DNA of 64,000 bases from Leucoraja erinacea (taxonomy: Eukaryota). Location of the stretch: positions 8,494,001-8,558,000 of the forward strand of contig NC_073415.1 of assembly GCF_028641065.1 (NCBI RefSeq). Direction: 5' to 3'. A program made the position numbers and the translations under genes. How positions within the stretch are numbered: position 1 is the first letter of the stretch; each line of letters begins with the position of its first letter. This document shows, one piece after another, positions 24,101 through 39,100 of the stretch. The notes beneath the pieces are model-generated. The model was not told the origin of the DNA and did not search any database. It saw only the letters and a program-made list of their open reading frames with translations.

Positions 24101-27100
24101 TTGATTCTACACAGAGTCTTTTACTATAACTGTTTATTACATTCTATTCAGACACTCCCCTAGTAACGCACGGGTTACGTCACATAAACCCTTATGCAAG
24201 TCAGAATTTACACCTCAGATTCACCTTAAAACTAGGTAGAAACAAAGAACTGCAGGTACCGAACATAAAAGGACATATAGTGCTGGAGTAACTCAGCAGG
24301 TTAGGCATAATCTCTGGAGGACAGGTGACGATTCGGGTCGGGATCCTTCCTCAGACTAATTCAGTCTGCTGAGTTACTTCAGCACTGGGGGTTGTATCAT
24401 CTTAAAACTAGGTCCCCACGCTGCTGACCTGTGCCAACAAGCCTTTCTTCACGTGCTATCTGGTTGACACGGCTGTTGTGGCTCACGTTGTAGTCCCTGG
24501 CCCACAGCGCTTTTTTCAGGCCTCTGTCACTGACAGAATATTCTCCCCCCCCCCCCCCCCCCCCCATTTCATCAGCTGCCACTTCTTCCCATCAACCATC
24601 ACTTTGTCCATTCAGCCCCTCCACCTCCTCCATCCTCTCCCCCTGCAGTCACCTGTACATTCCTAATGACCAATATCAAGGACATTGATCGACTGTAGAC
24701 CACAGGCCATTCATTGAAGGTTACATACCCGGCTGAACTCCTGCTGCAGCTCTGCATTCCCCTTGACATGGGGCCCAGAGAACGATAGAGTCGATTCCTG
24801 TTGCAGAAAGAAATCCTTGTGAACACACTCAAGGAGCGGGTTGGTGGTAATGAGAGACACATTGGCGCATTCAGCGCCAAACCTGCCCAACCGCTGAGAA
24901 CACAGCCAATTGTAGCCTAATGTTATCAACTCACATTGGCACTACATCTTCCAACACTTGATCTTAATATTCACACCAAACAACTTAAAGACACTAGATC
25001 ATGAACAGCAAGGAGTTCCCCACTAGGTTCCCCCATTCTTGTAATCAAAATATCCACTCGGCCCGACTACCCCCAATCCAAATTCAAAGCTTCTCACCTT
25101 TCAAAGGACGGCCTTAATCTTTCCTTACCATCACCGCAACTTTCTTCTTGGAAATCTGCAAGATACGAGTGCACATCATTTCTGTTCCAGACAAACTATG
25201 TTCTTTTGAATTTCTCCCCTCCTTAGTTAGTTTAATTTGTCACGTGTATTGAGGTACAGTGAAAAGCTTTTGTGGCTTGCTAACCAGTCAGCGGAAAGAC
25301 AACACATGATTACCCAATACACAATACCCCCCTCTGCGCGCCTCCCATGCATTTGCCCAGACCTTCAACCATTGGGGTGGATGTGGGGGGGGGGGGGGGG
25401 GGGGGGTGAGAGAAATCTGGCAGTGAAAGGAGCATGCCCAAGGATGGCACAGTGGCACAGATAATAAAGATGCTCTTTCAGCCCCCGAGACCTGGGCTCA
25501 ATCCTGACTTTTGGTGCTGCGTGGAATTTGCTGTCAAAAGTTGGCAGCTGAATCAAACATGTCACTGCCAGGTGAAGATCCTCCAGATCCTTACTTGCAT
25601 GCCAATGTTGTACTGAGGAACTGCTGGATCAGAGATGTTGTGTTGCAGATGAGATATTAATCCAAGTAGATGGAAAAGATCCCATGATATTTTCCACAAA
25701 GAGTGATCTCCCCTTTCCTGGCCCAGCATTGGACATCCAATATCTCACTAATAAGAACATAACTTTCTAGAGGATACCACATTTCTTCTGCAGCCACTTG
25801 CCGTGTACAAATTAGTGGTCACATCTCCAACTCGAGTGATTACACTTTGTGTATTTCATTGCCTGCTGGCATGAAAAGTACTAGGGAAACATGGGCCTGA
25901 AAATGAGCAGAAGGAGAAGGAAATCATTCAGGCAAGCAATGGTCCTATTCACCACCTGGCCACGAGTTACCTGGAGAGTTGTCACAGGCAGGTTGGCCCC
26001 TGGTCTGCATCTCACAGACCAAACCATCTTCCATCACACTGTCGTCCAGGAGACTTTGGGGTCGATTTCCTGGGAACGTTGCCCTCTTGGGGTCCGTGAT
26101 GCTTGTCCGTCTACTGCTATAGAAAATAGGGAGGAATATGGAGAAGGTGCTTATTCTGTAGCCATCCACAAGCCAGATTGCGGACATCAGCAATGCGATG
26201 CTGGGATGACAGCGTGACTTTCAGTGGTGGTCAAGTTTCTCCAGCGCCTTCAATGACCAACATCTTTATGAAGTGCAAAGCAATGGCAGGAAACTGGACA
26301 GATTTTTGCCAATTACCCACGGCATGGAGTCCATCACTTACTTGTAAGCAGCACGCTGCCATTTCCTATGACGATGCGTCAGGCAGAGACAGGTGGCTGT
26401 GGCATCACCATCAGAATATTCAACTGCCTCAGTGGTGGAGCGCGAGCCTGAGACACAGGAGTGGATGGAGTTTAGACACAACCCATTACTCTGTTCAACG
26501 TGATGTTCAAGTGTCCAGAATTTACAAATAATATCTTCCTGCCAGAACCAGGTTTCTTCCCTCCTCACTTAAACGTGTTAATACAGTAGGTGGCAATACC
26601 ACTTGAGATAATTAAGGCTCTTACCTTCAGCTTCTCTTCTGGAGACACGATATGGAGTACATGACACAGGCTCGATCATCAGAGACAATCTGTGGAAAGA
26701 TATCATGTCACTTGGGAGTCCCTTTACAGTTTAGTTTAGAGATACAACGCGGAAACAGGCCCTTCGGCCCACCGAGCCTGTCATCCATCGATCCCCGCAC
26801 ATTTGCACTATCCTACACACACACACACACTCGTGACAATTTACAATTTTGCCAAGCCAATTAACCTACAAACTTGTACGTCTTTGGAACCCAGAGATCC
26901 CGGGGAAAGCCCACGCAGGTCACGGGGATAACGTACAAACTCCGTACAGACAACACCCGTAGTTAGGATCGAACCCGGTTCTCTGGCGCTGCGAGGCAGT
27001 AATGATCTACCGCTGAGCCATCATGCCACCCTATTATTGAAAATAATCAATTACTCTGGTATTCTGCAAACAGTGGTAAAGACCAACTTGGCTGTCTTTG

Positions 27101-30100
27101 AATTTAACAGTAAAAGGAAAAAAAAAAAATGTTTTTTTAAATCACCTTGCGGAATTGTATTGAATGGCAGAAACAATGGCGGGACACACCTGTAGTTGTC
27201 TTGTTCCAAGAAGGATTGCAGTTCCTCGATGTATCTCGCAGAATTCAGATACTTCTGGACATGAGGCAATGATGGAAGATCTATAAATAATTCAAGATAG
27301 AGGGGAAATGATCAAATCTTTTTCAACATACAAGTATGACTAACATCAGAAAAAATAGACACAGAAAAAATATTGCAAAAAGCCAAATAACATGAATCCG
27401 AAAATAAAAACTGAAAATACGTGGTGATGAGCGGTGAGGAAAAAGAAAACAAAACATTAATGTGAAAAATCATAAACCCAGCTTAACGAATCACACACCA
27501 GATCTGCAGACTCTGCCATGCTAGGGACAGGCTCTTTGTACTGTTGAATGTCTTTTCCATTGCTGCGACTCAAAGCATTTAGTACCTCTGGATGTTTCTC
27601 CAGTTTGAGCAGTCTTGGGCCTAAGATTCCAAAGAGCTGATAATGTTACATTTTTCTCCCCAGAGTTTTCGTCATCAGCCCAAAAGATTTTCTCTGTGTT
27701 TCTGGAAATTAACTGATGTGACAAAGCTTGGATGGAGCACTGGTTTTTAGGACCTGGTTGTCAGACATGCAGACAACATGACTTGCTTATCAAAGCTAGA
27801 TTTGCATGGTCCGAGCCTTGATCTACGGTCTGGATGAATGCTGGTTTACACCGAAGGTAGACACGAACTGCTGGAGTAACTCAGTGGGTCAGGCAGCAAA
27901 TCTGGAAGAGAGGAATAGGTAACTTTCTTGGTCCCAGAACGTCACCAGTTCCTTTTCTCCAGAGACGTTGCCTGGCCCGCTGAGTTACTCCAGCATTGTG
28001 TCTATAGCAGTCTCTTATTCTTTGCCCTTTATTACTCATTCTTGTGAAGGGGCTATTTTTGGCTCCTGCCTAAAAGAATGAGGGGCAACAAGAGAGGCTT
28101 TCAGCAGGCGAGTTGAAAGAGGGACAAAGATAAACAAGTGAGAATGCAAAAGAAAAGGGAGAGCCAGCGAGAAGCAACTGAATCAAAGAACAGCAGCTAC
28201 ATCCTCAATTCCATTTACGAGATCAGCAGACAAGCTATTACCGTATACACAGAACTGCTGAAAGTCACTGATAACCCGCAAAACGTTGTTGATCTGATCG
28301 CAGCGATGCTCATCTTCTAGAATGCTTGCCGCAGATGGATATGCCGCATCAATGTAGGTGAGATCAGATAAGTGTATACCTAGAAGAGAAAAACAGCCAC
28401 AGTGAAGAACTATCAGAGGCAGATCTCAAAGTGTAGAAAAATTCAGATCATTTTCCAGAGCTAGTCTTGATTGGACTTTGCTGGCTTGACCTTGCACCAA
28501 ACTTTATTCCCTCATCATGTATCTATACACTGTAAATGGGTCAACTGTAATCATGTAATGTCTTTATGCTGACTGGTTAGCACGCAACAAAAGCTTTTCA
28601 CTGTACCTCGGTACACGCGACAAGCTGAAACAAAGCTTTCTCTGAAAGGACAAAAACATCCATATGAAAACCCTCCAGCATCAAGTCTGATCTGTGCCAG
28701 CAATCCAGTGGACTTCCAACACCATGGCAACAGTTAACAGATGTCAGCGATCTGGTTATCATCACCCATTGTGGGCGGGTGCAATGGATGCCCGGGTGAA
28801 GATACAATATACAGGAAAGCCTTTTATCAGCAGGAATAAATTCTTCGGGTCTCTCTAATCTCCAGAGAATCCAGAACTCCTAATTCTGGCATTTTGCCCA
28901 CATTTAATCACTCGTATGAGAGGCCATGCCTTCTACTCCCCTTGGCTCACAAACACTCTCCCTGAACCTCTCCACCTCTCCTGCCTGCAGGATGCTTCTC
29001 AAACCATTTATCTCTGATCGAGTTTGGTCATATGCCTTAATATGTCAGTCTTTGTTTGATAACCCTCCTGTGAAATGCCTTTATGAGTATTCCCCATATT
29101 AAAGCTGCCATATAAATGGATGCTGCTGTATCTTAATTATTAAACCAAATGAAAATATCTTCCACAGTTTTACAAGGGTGTTTATCAACTTCCCATGCAT
29201 AACATTCGGTATGTATACTACAGCACCACTTTCAGTATGAACATTAAAAGCAATTGGTATCATTTCCTCAGCAGCCAGAGACTGGTTCTAAGTTCACTTA
29301 CAGCTCTGGAATCTTTCAGTTCTGCAAATCACTGGAATAGTAAATAAACACAGGCTTAAGCTCACAATTTAGTGAGACACTGTTTAGACACAATGGCCAG
29401 TGACCCGAATGTATACATTAACATCTGCTCTCATGTCCATTTACGGAAGCCCATCACAAACTAGTTTGGAAAACTCAATAATATTTGAGAACTCCTTTCC
29501 CTACCTCCTTCCCCAATCCACCCTCCCCGAAGACACCAACTGACCGACCCTGCACCATGATTCCACTTGGAAGAGGATGGAAAAAGTACAGAGAGTTGGC
29601 AGGGAGCTATGGGGGAAAGAAATGTGGTCATTCCCAATTTCTTTACTCCAAGGTTCATTTTCCAACAGCTAATACTGTAACATGAGCTAATAGGAAAGCA
29701 CATGAAGAAAATTGCTGAACTGAGTATTCTTTTAAACCAATGCTTACACACTGATTGCTGTTATTATGATGACTCTAAAGATTGAAATTCCCTCGTTTGA
29801 TTTCTTCCCTTTCACTAAAACCTCAATGACCAAGTTTTCAGTCGTCTGCTCTGATGCATCACTCTATGGCCCAGTGTTAATTTTACTTTATTAGCACTCC
29901 AATGGAACATTACATGCAATAATGTAAATGAAAGCAGTCCAAGCCATCTTTCCCCACTTATCAAGATGGACCGAGTGATTGGTGCCACTGTCAAATAGTG
30001 TGTAAACACTCAGTACACCGACAGACACACTCACACAGACACACTCAGTACACCGACACACACTCACACTCATAATTTCCCCCTATATATTACACAGGAT

Positions 30101-33100
30101 ATGCATCTCAAATTATTTTCAGAGATTCATAATATTTCAGTTTACAAATCAGATAAACACAAATCAGAGAATAGGAATCTTGAGGCAATGCAATTTCCTG
30201 CCTGGATCAAATGCATCTACATTGCTTTTTGGGGAGGAGTCGGGACAGTTTTCCTGGACTCCTGGCACGGAGACAGCATACCGCCTTCAACCTTTAATCT
30301 GACAAACCAAACCTCTAATGGGCGGGGAGATGAGAGGCTGCTGCTTTGAACAAGACTAATAGTAGTGAGCCGAGCTGCACTGTGGCTGCCTCCTGCCTCT
30401 CTTCACTGTCCCAAACACAGCCACTGACAAGTTGCAGCTGCTCTCAGCTGCCTTGCTTCAGTATGGAAGCATGAAGAACCAAGCATCGACTCAAATAAGG
30501 GGACGATAATCAGACACTGGAGAGATACCTGTGGATGGACTGTACAAGAGCAACCAGGAATCTAGCTAGCTGTGAACATCTACAACAGTATGTTTCACAG
30601 GAATTCTTCCCCTTGTCGGAAGCTGAAAACTTTGAGTAATGAAGGTTTGAATATCTGGCAGAGATCACAAGTCTACTGAACAAGGTAGGATATTCACTAC
30701 AAGATTTAGCATCAGATCAATGTTTATAAGTATGATTGCCTTTTCCATCTTAGAGGGCTTATAAAAGAGCGTTAAAGGTGTAGTAAGGAACTGCAGATGC
30801 TGGTTTAAATCAAAGATAGACACAAAATGCTGGAGTAACACAGCGGGACGGGCAGCATCTCTGGAGAGAAGGAATAGATGACATTTCGGGTCAAGTCTGA
30901 AGAAGGGTCCCAGTGAGTTACTCCAGCATTTTGTGTCTATCTTTGATTTAAACCAGCATCTGCAGTTCCTTCCTACACCTTTAACACTCTTTTATCTTTG
31001 TGTTAAAGAAAGGATTTGTTTCCAATCTGAAAATTTCAATTTTGCTGCTTGGAGATATCAAGACCTGGAGAGTAATGCACAAGAATATCTCAAAGAAATA
31101 AATTATTTAAGTATATTTCTCCATTTTCATGGGCTAATAGTAAATGCTGCAATCAAATCTTGGTGTTTAAAGGTTGAGGTTAAACACCCTGCAACTTTGC
31201 AAGGCCAGAGAATTATTCCAAACTGCTGGGTAACATTTCTGAAAGAGATATTAAATCAGATATATCTCTCATCTCAGTTCAGCCTGTGTTGCTGTTTTAA
31301 GATCCTCCCCAACACATTCCTTCCCTTTCTCCTTCATCTCTTCCAACTGCAACTCTCAGAAGTTATTTTTCACCCCAATCTCAGCTTCCTGATAATCTCC
31401 AAAACGAATTATTCCGTTGTTGACATCCGTTTTCTCAGCTGGAAAAGCTATTTGCCTTTAAACTCACTGCATTTGCTCCATTCACCTTGCGTTGTTCAGT
31501 ATCAATTTTGTTCAGCAATGTTCTGTGAAATTTCTTAAGACTGCTTACGACCTTAAAAAAATGTTTTATGAATAAAAAATTCTTGTAAGAATGGCTGTGG
31601 TATTTATCTTCAAAACAGTTCCTGCACTTCATGAAGTAAGTTATCAGCTGTTAAAAAGGTGGAATTAAACAAAAGTCACTCGTCTAAATTATTAGACATG
31701 AACAACACATTTATCTGCAAGCAGTTTTACATTAACAAATTAACCATGGGTGGGATGGGGAGGGGCGGGGTAGTGCAGTTCATCTTGTGGTGGCTGATGT
31801 CATGCAAAAACTAAGTGCATGAAGCCCAAGCCACATAAAGTGACAGAGTCTAAGTGATTGGACTTGACGCAAAACGTCAAACGTCTATTTAACTTGAATG
31901 AATGTGGGGGAAGAGATACTGGCAAAGATCAGAAGAAGAGAGTGTACCACAGGAGGGAGCATCAGGAGTTAAACAATCGGGCCAGGTATCAGGGGGCGGT
32001 GGCTGGATCTGCAATTGAAACATACAGAATAGTGAAAGGCTTGGATAGAGTGGAGAGGATGTTTGCACTAGTGGGAGAGTCTAGGACTAGACATCACAGC
32101 CTCAGAATTAAAGGACACTCTTTTAGGAAGGAGAGGAGGAGGAATTTCATTCGTCAGAGGAATTCATTGCCACAGAAGCCTGTGGAGGCCAAGTCAGTGA
32201 ATATATTTAAGGCAGAAATAGATAGATTCTTGATTAGTACGGTGCAGAAGGTTATTGGGAGAAGGTAGGAGAATCTGGTTAGGAAGGAGAGATAGATCAG
32301 CCATGATTGAATGGCGGAGCCGACTAGATGGGGCGAATGGCCTCATTGTACTCCTATCACTTACGACCTTATGATAGAGCCAGATGTTTTGGCGAAGGGA
32401 GGTAGGACCTCTGCCCCACCTCTTAGGTGGTATTGCCAATAAAGGGTAAAGGTGGGGAAAGTGCACACTAAAAAAAACACTTAAAGCAAGCCTGTCTGCA
32501 AGGTTTAAATTCCCTGGCTTCAAACCAGATAAAAGTGGATTTCTTTCAAAGCCCTTTCAGCGTATGTGGTCCATGTCAATTACAAGTCTCCAGCGCACAG
32601 AATAATTTTGTGAAAGACATTGAAAGTAATATGGTTTGCTAAACATGCCAAGCAATCTGTAAAATACACCCACCTTACTCCAGAATACAACTTCACTCCC
32701 CAAGGAGACATATAGAGATATTTCAGGCAGCTGTGTACTCGACTTAATTAATATAAACACCAAACCCCTCTTTTTACTGAAGGAAGCATAACGTTAAGTC
32801 ATTTTTCAAGTAGTTTTTGTACAGTGGGTGTATGGAACAAGCTGCCAGAGGAGGTAGGCACAAAATGTTGGAGTAACTCAGTGGGTCGGGCAACATCTCT
32901 GGATCACCCCCCTTCCCCAAATTCACATCCCAAAACACTCTCAAACAGTGAGCACAAGGCTGAGAGAAAGGACATAGAAACAAGTCACAAGCTCAGGATT
33001 GTTACAAAGCTGTTGGAAGCCACTGGGAAGGAGGGTGAGCAATGGTTTGTGTAGCTGTACACAGGATACAGCTCCTGGAGAGGCTAGAAAATAAACACTC

Positions 33101-36100
33101 TCGGATGCCCAGCCCCACCACAAATTGAAACTGGTCACAAACTGCAATCTGTAAAGGCTGTTGCATGATACAGTCACAGCAGGGAACAAGGGCAAACAAC
33201 TCCGGACAAACGGGACCCCCAACTGACCAGATGGCAACTCAAATCTCCGCTGAGACCAAATGTTCACCTTGGAATTTTAATTGTTTCCAAGTCTGTGAGT
33301 CTAATTAATTGCTCAAGTTTTCTCATGCATGTCTGGTACATTATCTGTTCCACAAATAGAGTTGTGTAGGAAGGAAATCCAGATGCTGGTTTAAACCAAA
33401 GATAGACACAAAAAGCTGGAGTAACTCAGCGGGACAGGCAACATCTCTGGTGATGTTTTGGGTCAAGACACATCTTCAGATAGAGTTCTCAGATAGATAG
33501 AACTCACAAATAAAGTTTCTCTTAGGATGCATCCAGCCCCAGTAGATACATTCAAAGGGCTGGATCCTATGTCTGTTGATAGATTATCTCAGTGTGATGG
33601 TCAATGGGGTCATGGACCAGTATTCTTAGAATCGGCACCAAGCTGCAAGTATGCAACTCAAATGTTGATAATGGCTTTTCCCCCCAGAACCAAACGGTCT
33701 ACAGAAACACATTAGATAGACACAAAATGCTGGAGTACCACAGTGGGACAGGCAGCATCTCTGAAGAGAAGAATTGGGTGATGTTTCGGGCCAAGGCCCT
33801 TCCTCGAACAGGTTGTTAGCACATGGTGATGATTCTCTGCCCTCTGGAGGAAGCAGTACAGTTTCTTGGCCGGAGGAGCAAGTTGTCCTATGAAAGTGGT
33901 CATACCATGCAAGAGTCTTTACAGATGGTACTTGGTGCTTGTGATCGGAATCTAGACACAAAATGCTGGAGTAACTCAGTGAAACATGCAGCACCTCTGG
34001 ATAGAAGGAATGCGTGACGTATCAGAAGACAACGGGATCGTAATTAAGGGTGCGGAAACCAAGAAATGTTTTTATTGTCTCTCACTCTGGAGAACGAGGC
34101 TACCTCTAGCTTGCCACATGTCATGTACCCTGTTGTAAGCTTACACAGCGATCAATGCAGCATATCCTATTCCATGATTGCTGGGACATTCAGATAGGCA
34201 CTATATAAATGCACATCTGTTCCTGCTTGCAGGAGCTTTTAAAACCTTCAGGAAAAAGTGAGTAATACATGCTGCCTCTGCCAGCAACAACCACGTCTTA
34301 TAAAATAAAAACAAACCATTAAGCAACATTCCACCAAAGTACACAGAATGCCAACCTGATTGTACAAAGGCTACCGTCTCCATTAAACAAGCTGTGAAAC
34401 TTCAAAGTGCTTCAGAAATGTTCACAGGGAGTGTGGGGTTACACAGCACAGGGCCAGGTTGAGAAGTGGGTTGCGGTTTCAGCGCATCAATCTCTAGACT
34501 TGCATCAAAACCCCACATGTAACAGAGTAAAATCATGGGCAAGTATGTATAAACAATCATAAAAACCACGCAAACTACGTCACTAAGTGAACTAACACAC
34601 TAGCATGAATATATACAATACCCCCAAAGGAAGCGAAAAGCATCCTTTTCAGTTACATGCTATCACAATTACAATTCAACCACTCTGGACTTGTGTGGGA
34701 AGGAACTACAGATGCTGGGTTACACCGTAGATACGAAATGCTGGAGCAACTCAGCAGGATAGGCAGCATCTCTGGAGAGAAGGAATGGGTAAAGTTTTGG
34801 GTCGAGACCCTTCTGCAGACCAAAGATCCTACAGCGAGCAAGATGGTCCACTCGACGAAAAAGACGTTGTACGGTCATGGGCAGATTCATGGGTAATTTT
34901 CGGCCCCATTTCCGTAACCGGCTTCCGTCTCCGCACCAAAGATCCCGTAGGATACTAGTGCGGAGACGGAAGCCGGTTACGGAAACATCCTCGTAAAAAT
35001 AAAAGTTATTTGGTAAAAATCTTCTCATTTTCAGAATTTAAATTTATTAACACAAACTGTGCCCCCACATAGTTGATTACACTGCGAGTCGGGTCGGGTT
35101 ACTGAAATGGATGAAAAAAAGGCCCACGTTCCACTCCGTTTCGTACTACACGTCAGCCCATTGCATTTAGCAGGAGTGGTCTATCTTGCTCCGCTATAGG
35201 AACTTTGCTGCAGACCGAGTCAGGGGAGAGGGAAACTAGAGATACGGAAGGGTACAAAGAGAATGTAAGGTGTGAAAAGGACAGATCAAAGCAGACGATG
35301 ATCAAGGAAATGCAGAATGGTTCATTGTTGGCAGAGGGGAAGGTGACAGATAACAAGGCATACAAACAGTAAAAATAACCAGGGAAAAGAGAGAGAGAGA
35401 GAGAGATTACTTGAAGTTAGAGAAATCAATATTCATACTGCTGCCCAATGAGGTGCTGTTCGTCCAATTAGTACTTGGCCTCACTGAGAGTGGGGGATTC
35501 TGGATTCCTCTGGATTTTTGCTTTCTTTGTACTACTTGAAACAAAGTTCAGAGGGAAGTTGAGCTTACAGTCAGGATTGAATGATTAAATTGGCTTCACG
35601 GGTAATGCTCTCACCACTCAGAACTAAGCTTGAGGATTAAAGACCCACTCAAAAGACGCACAGAAAAACATGTGCTGGAGAACGAGAGTGTGTTGCATTG
35701 CCAGAAACAAAACCTTTTGGATGTTAAAACCTTTTGAGTTGTTAAACAAAGGCCCACATTCATGAAAGCTCCTCAAACAAAAATGCAGTGATCATCAGAT
35801 TTACTTATTTCATTCCCTGGAAAACATTGATCAATCCTTGAATATATTGTGTAACAAAAATGATCATTATCACATTACTGCTTATGGGAGCATGCAGTGC
35901 AGAATCTTGTCGTTATCACTTTACAAGATCTTATAACATACAAAGCGTTGGCAGAAAGTGCTTGAGTAACTCAGCGGATCTGGCAGCTTCTTTGGAGAAC
36001 ATGAATAGATGACCTTCCGGGTTGTAACCATTCTTCAGACCAGCAGAAGGGTCCCAATCCTAAAAGTCAACTATTCATGTTCCCCAGAGATGCTGCCTGA

Positions 36101-39100
36101 CCCGCTGAGTTACTCCAACCCTTTGCCGTTTTGTTTTGTAAACCAGTATTTACAGCTCCTTGTGGCTACGATAGTGCTCACATAGAAAATAGGTGCAGGA
36201 GTAGGCCATTCGGCCCTTCGCGCCTTCACCGCCATTCAATATGATCATGGCTGATCATCCAACTCAGTATCCCGTACCTGCCTTCTCTCCATACCCCCTG
36301 ATCCCTTTAGCCACAAGGGTCTCATCTAACTCCCTCTTAAATATAGCCAATGAACTGGCCTCAACTACCTTCTGTGGCAGAGAGTTCCAGAGTTTCCAAT
36401 TTTGCAACATTGAGTACATTCTACATTTGTAAACATGTTAGAACATCCTGAAAAGGGGCACAAAAGACGCTAAAAAACAAAAATGGAAGCCCAAGATTTT
36501 AAAATTGAACTTTTTATTTTATTACAGATTTTGACACTGTTTCAAGCAGCCCAGTTTGAACAATGCTGAAACTCACCATCAGCCTCTTCTTGCTGATCAG
36601 ATTGGCAGGGGCTGAAAAGGCCACCTCAGAAACGGATGCAGGCAAGCTTGCACAGACTGAGGAGTCCAACAGTCGCAATGCTCGGTCCCCGCAGAGTTCG
36701 CCACCCACCAGGTGTACCTACACCTTCATTGTCCCCCAGCAACGGCTGACTGGTGCCATCTGCCTGAGCACCAAGGTACCTGTGAGCGGGTATGACGGCG
36801 TGAATAAGAGCGAGCTGCTGGCCGTGAGGGAGGAGATGCACGAGCAGCAGCAGCAGATTGAAGACCTCAGGCAGATGGTGGAAGTGGACGGGCGAGTGAT
36901 CGACGAAGTCAAGTCTCTCCGCAAAGAGAGCCGCAACATGAACTCCAGAGTAGCGCAGCTCTATGCCCAGCTGTTGCACGAGATCATCCAGAAGAAAGAC
37001 GAGTCGCTGGAGATCTTCCAGCTGGAGAACAAGGTACTTAACGTCACGACCGAAGTGTTGAGGTTGTCGATAAGGTACAAGGACTTGGAGCGCAAGTACA
37101 CAGCCCTCACCACCCTCATGAGCAACCAGAGCCGCACGATTGCTCAGCTGGAACAACAGTGCAGCCAAATAGTCCCAAAGCACAATCAACAGAATCAACA
37201 GGTAAAAGACTTGAACTTTTCAAGGATAGATATAATTTTACATTCATTCCTCGGGATGCGAGCTTCAATGACAAGCGGGGTGATTATTGCCCAACCCCAA
37301 GTGATCTTTCAAACATAGAAACATAGGAAATAGGTGCAGAAGTAGGCCAATCGGCCCTTCGAGCCTGCTCCGCCATTCAAGATGATCATGGCTGATCATC
37401 CAACTCAGTATCCTGTACCTGCCTTCTCTCCATACCCCCCATCCCTTTAGCCACAAGGGCCACATCTAACTCCGTCTTAAATATAGCCAATGAACTGGCC
37501 TCAACTACTTTCTGTGGCAGAGAATTCCACAGATTCACCACTGTGTGAAAAAAAAAAAATTCTCATCTCGGTCTTAAAAGACTTCCCCCTTATCCTTAAA
37601 CTGTGACCCCTTGTTCTGGACTTCCCCAACATCGGGAACAATCTTTCTGCATCTAGCCTGTCCAACCCCTTAAGAATTTTGTACGTTTCTATAAGATCCC
37701 CCCTCAATCCTTAAATTCTAGCGAGTACAAGCCGAGTCTATCCAGTCTTTCTTCATATGAAAGTCTTGATATCCCAGGAAACGTGGTTGCAAAGCCATTT
37801 CAGAGGGTAGTTCAGAGTCATGTTGCTATGTTTGCAGCATCACATGGGCCAGGATGGGAGATTTACTCTCCTGAAGTATATTCGTTGCACACTCTCTGGC
37901 CTACCACATCCACACTGGCCACCAAGTACCCAACCGAGCATAGATGTCCAGTCAAAGTCAATTTTATTCGTCTCATGCAGTGAAAAGAATTTGCATTTCA
38001 TGAATTTTCGTACCTCTTTCAGATGTCCAATTGATGGTAAATAGGATTAATGTCGACATGTACAACATATGGTGAACTGAAGACCCTGTTTCTATGCTGT
38101 CTGACTCGCTCACGAATACCCTTGGCAAAGTGCCGTCATGGCCAACCCAGGCACCCCATTCCAGTCACACATTACGTTCCTATGTGATGCAAGATTTGTA
38201 AGCGTCGGTATTTATTATCCATTCTTAAATGTCCTCAGAAGGTGATGGTGAAGGAGCCAGTTTATGGATCCATAGCAGTCCGTAAGATAAAACTGCTGCC
38301 GCGGGGCTTTTGAGTAGGTTCATCCAGAAGGTAGACCACACAAAGATGAAGGAACAGTAAGAGATTTACAAGTCAAAGGGTTCAAAGTCACAATGGTGTC
38401 ATTTGAAAAGAGATCTGTCTGCTATCCAAGTCTTCTTAGTGAGATCTGGCAAACCCTCAGCTGTACAAACAATTAATATTCCCCAGCATCGAGTCAACAG
38501 ATAAATAGAAAATGTAGCCTTGTTGACAGACTAATTAAAACAAAAAATCACTCATAGTGAGAGTTTTGGAATTCTAGAAAACATTCTTAGCAGGCAGAAG
38601 GAACAAATAACTGAATTTAGAGTCTGGTCCCGTTACAAGTAAACATGCACTTTGTCTTGAAGGAAGCTGTGAATTGAAGGAAGCTGTGATGTCTGCACCA
38701 ACCAAAGATAGACACAAAATGCTGGAGTAACTCAGCTGGACAGGCAGCATCTCTGGAGAGAAGGAATGGGTGATGTTTCGGGTGAAGATCCTTCTTCTAA
38801 CCCTAACCCACTGAGTTACTCCAGCTTTTTTTTGTCTATCTTCGGTTTAAACCAGTATCTGCAGTTCCTTCCTACACATTTTGTCTGCACCAACCATCTG
38901 ATCCTTTATTCCCCATAATGGAGGTCTGGAGAAGTACAATTGAGGTCAAGAACTAAACAGGAGAAACCTTAGGGATGGATTTTATTCCTACTAAACTAAG
39001 CCACATCAGCTGCTAATAACCCAATATTCATTTCTGCTACGTCGGAAGATTTACTCTGCTTGTGGTTTGACCTACAGAAATGTTTCTGCCTTCAACACAT

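Noticed and set aside
30933-31538. 201-aa ORF on the + strand
   Set aside because: Starts inside a Penelope-like repeat, is AT-rich intronic sequence, and has no recognisable domain or splice context.
36626-37198. 190-aa ORF on the - strand
   Set aside because: Antisense shadow of the GC-rich ANGPTL6 coding exon.
37202-37318. C-terminal extension of the 251-aa ORF past codon 213
   Set aside because: Intron read-through: homology stops at the CAG|gtaaaa donor and resumes at 39271.
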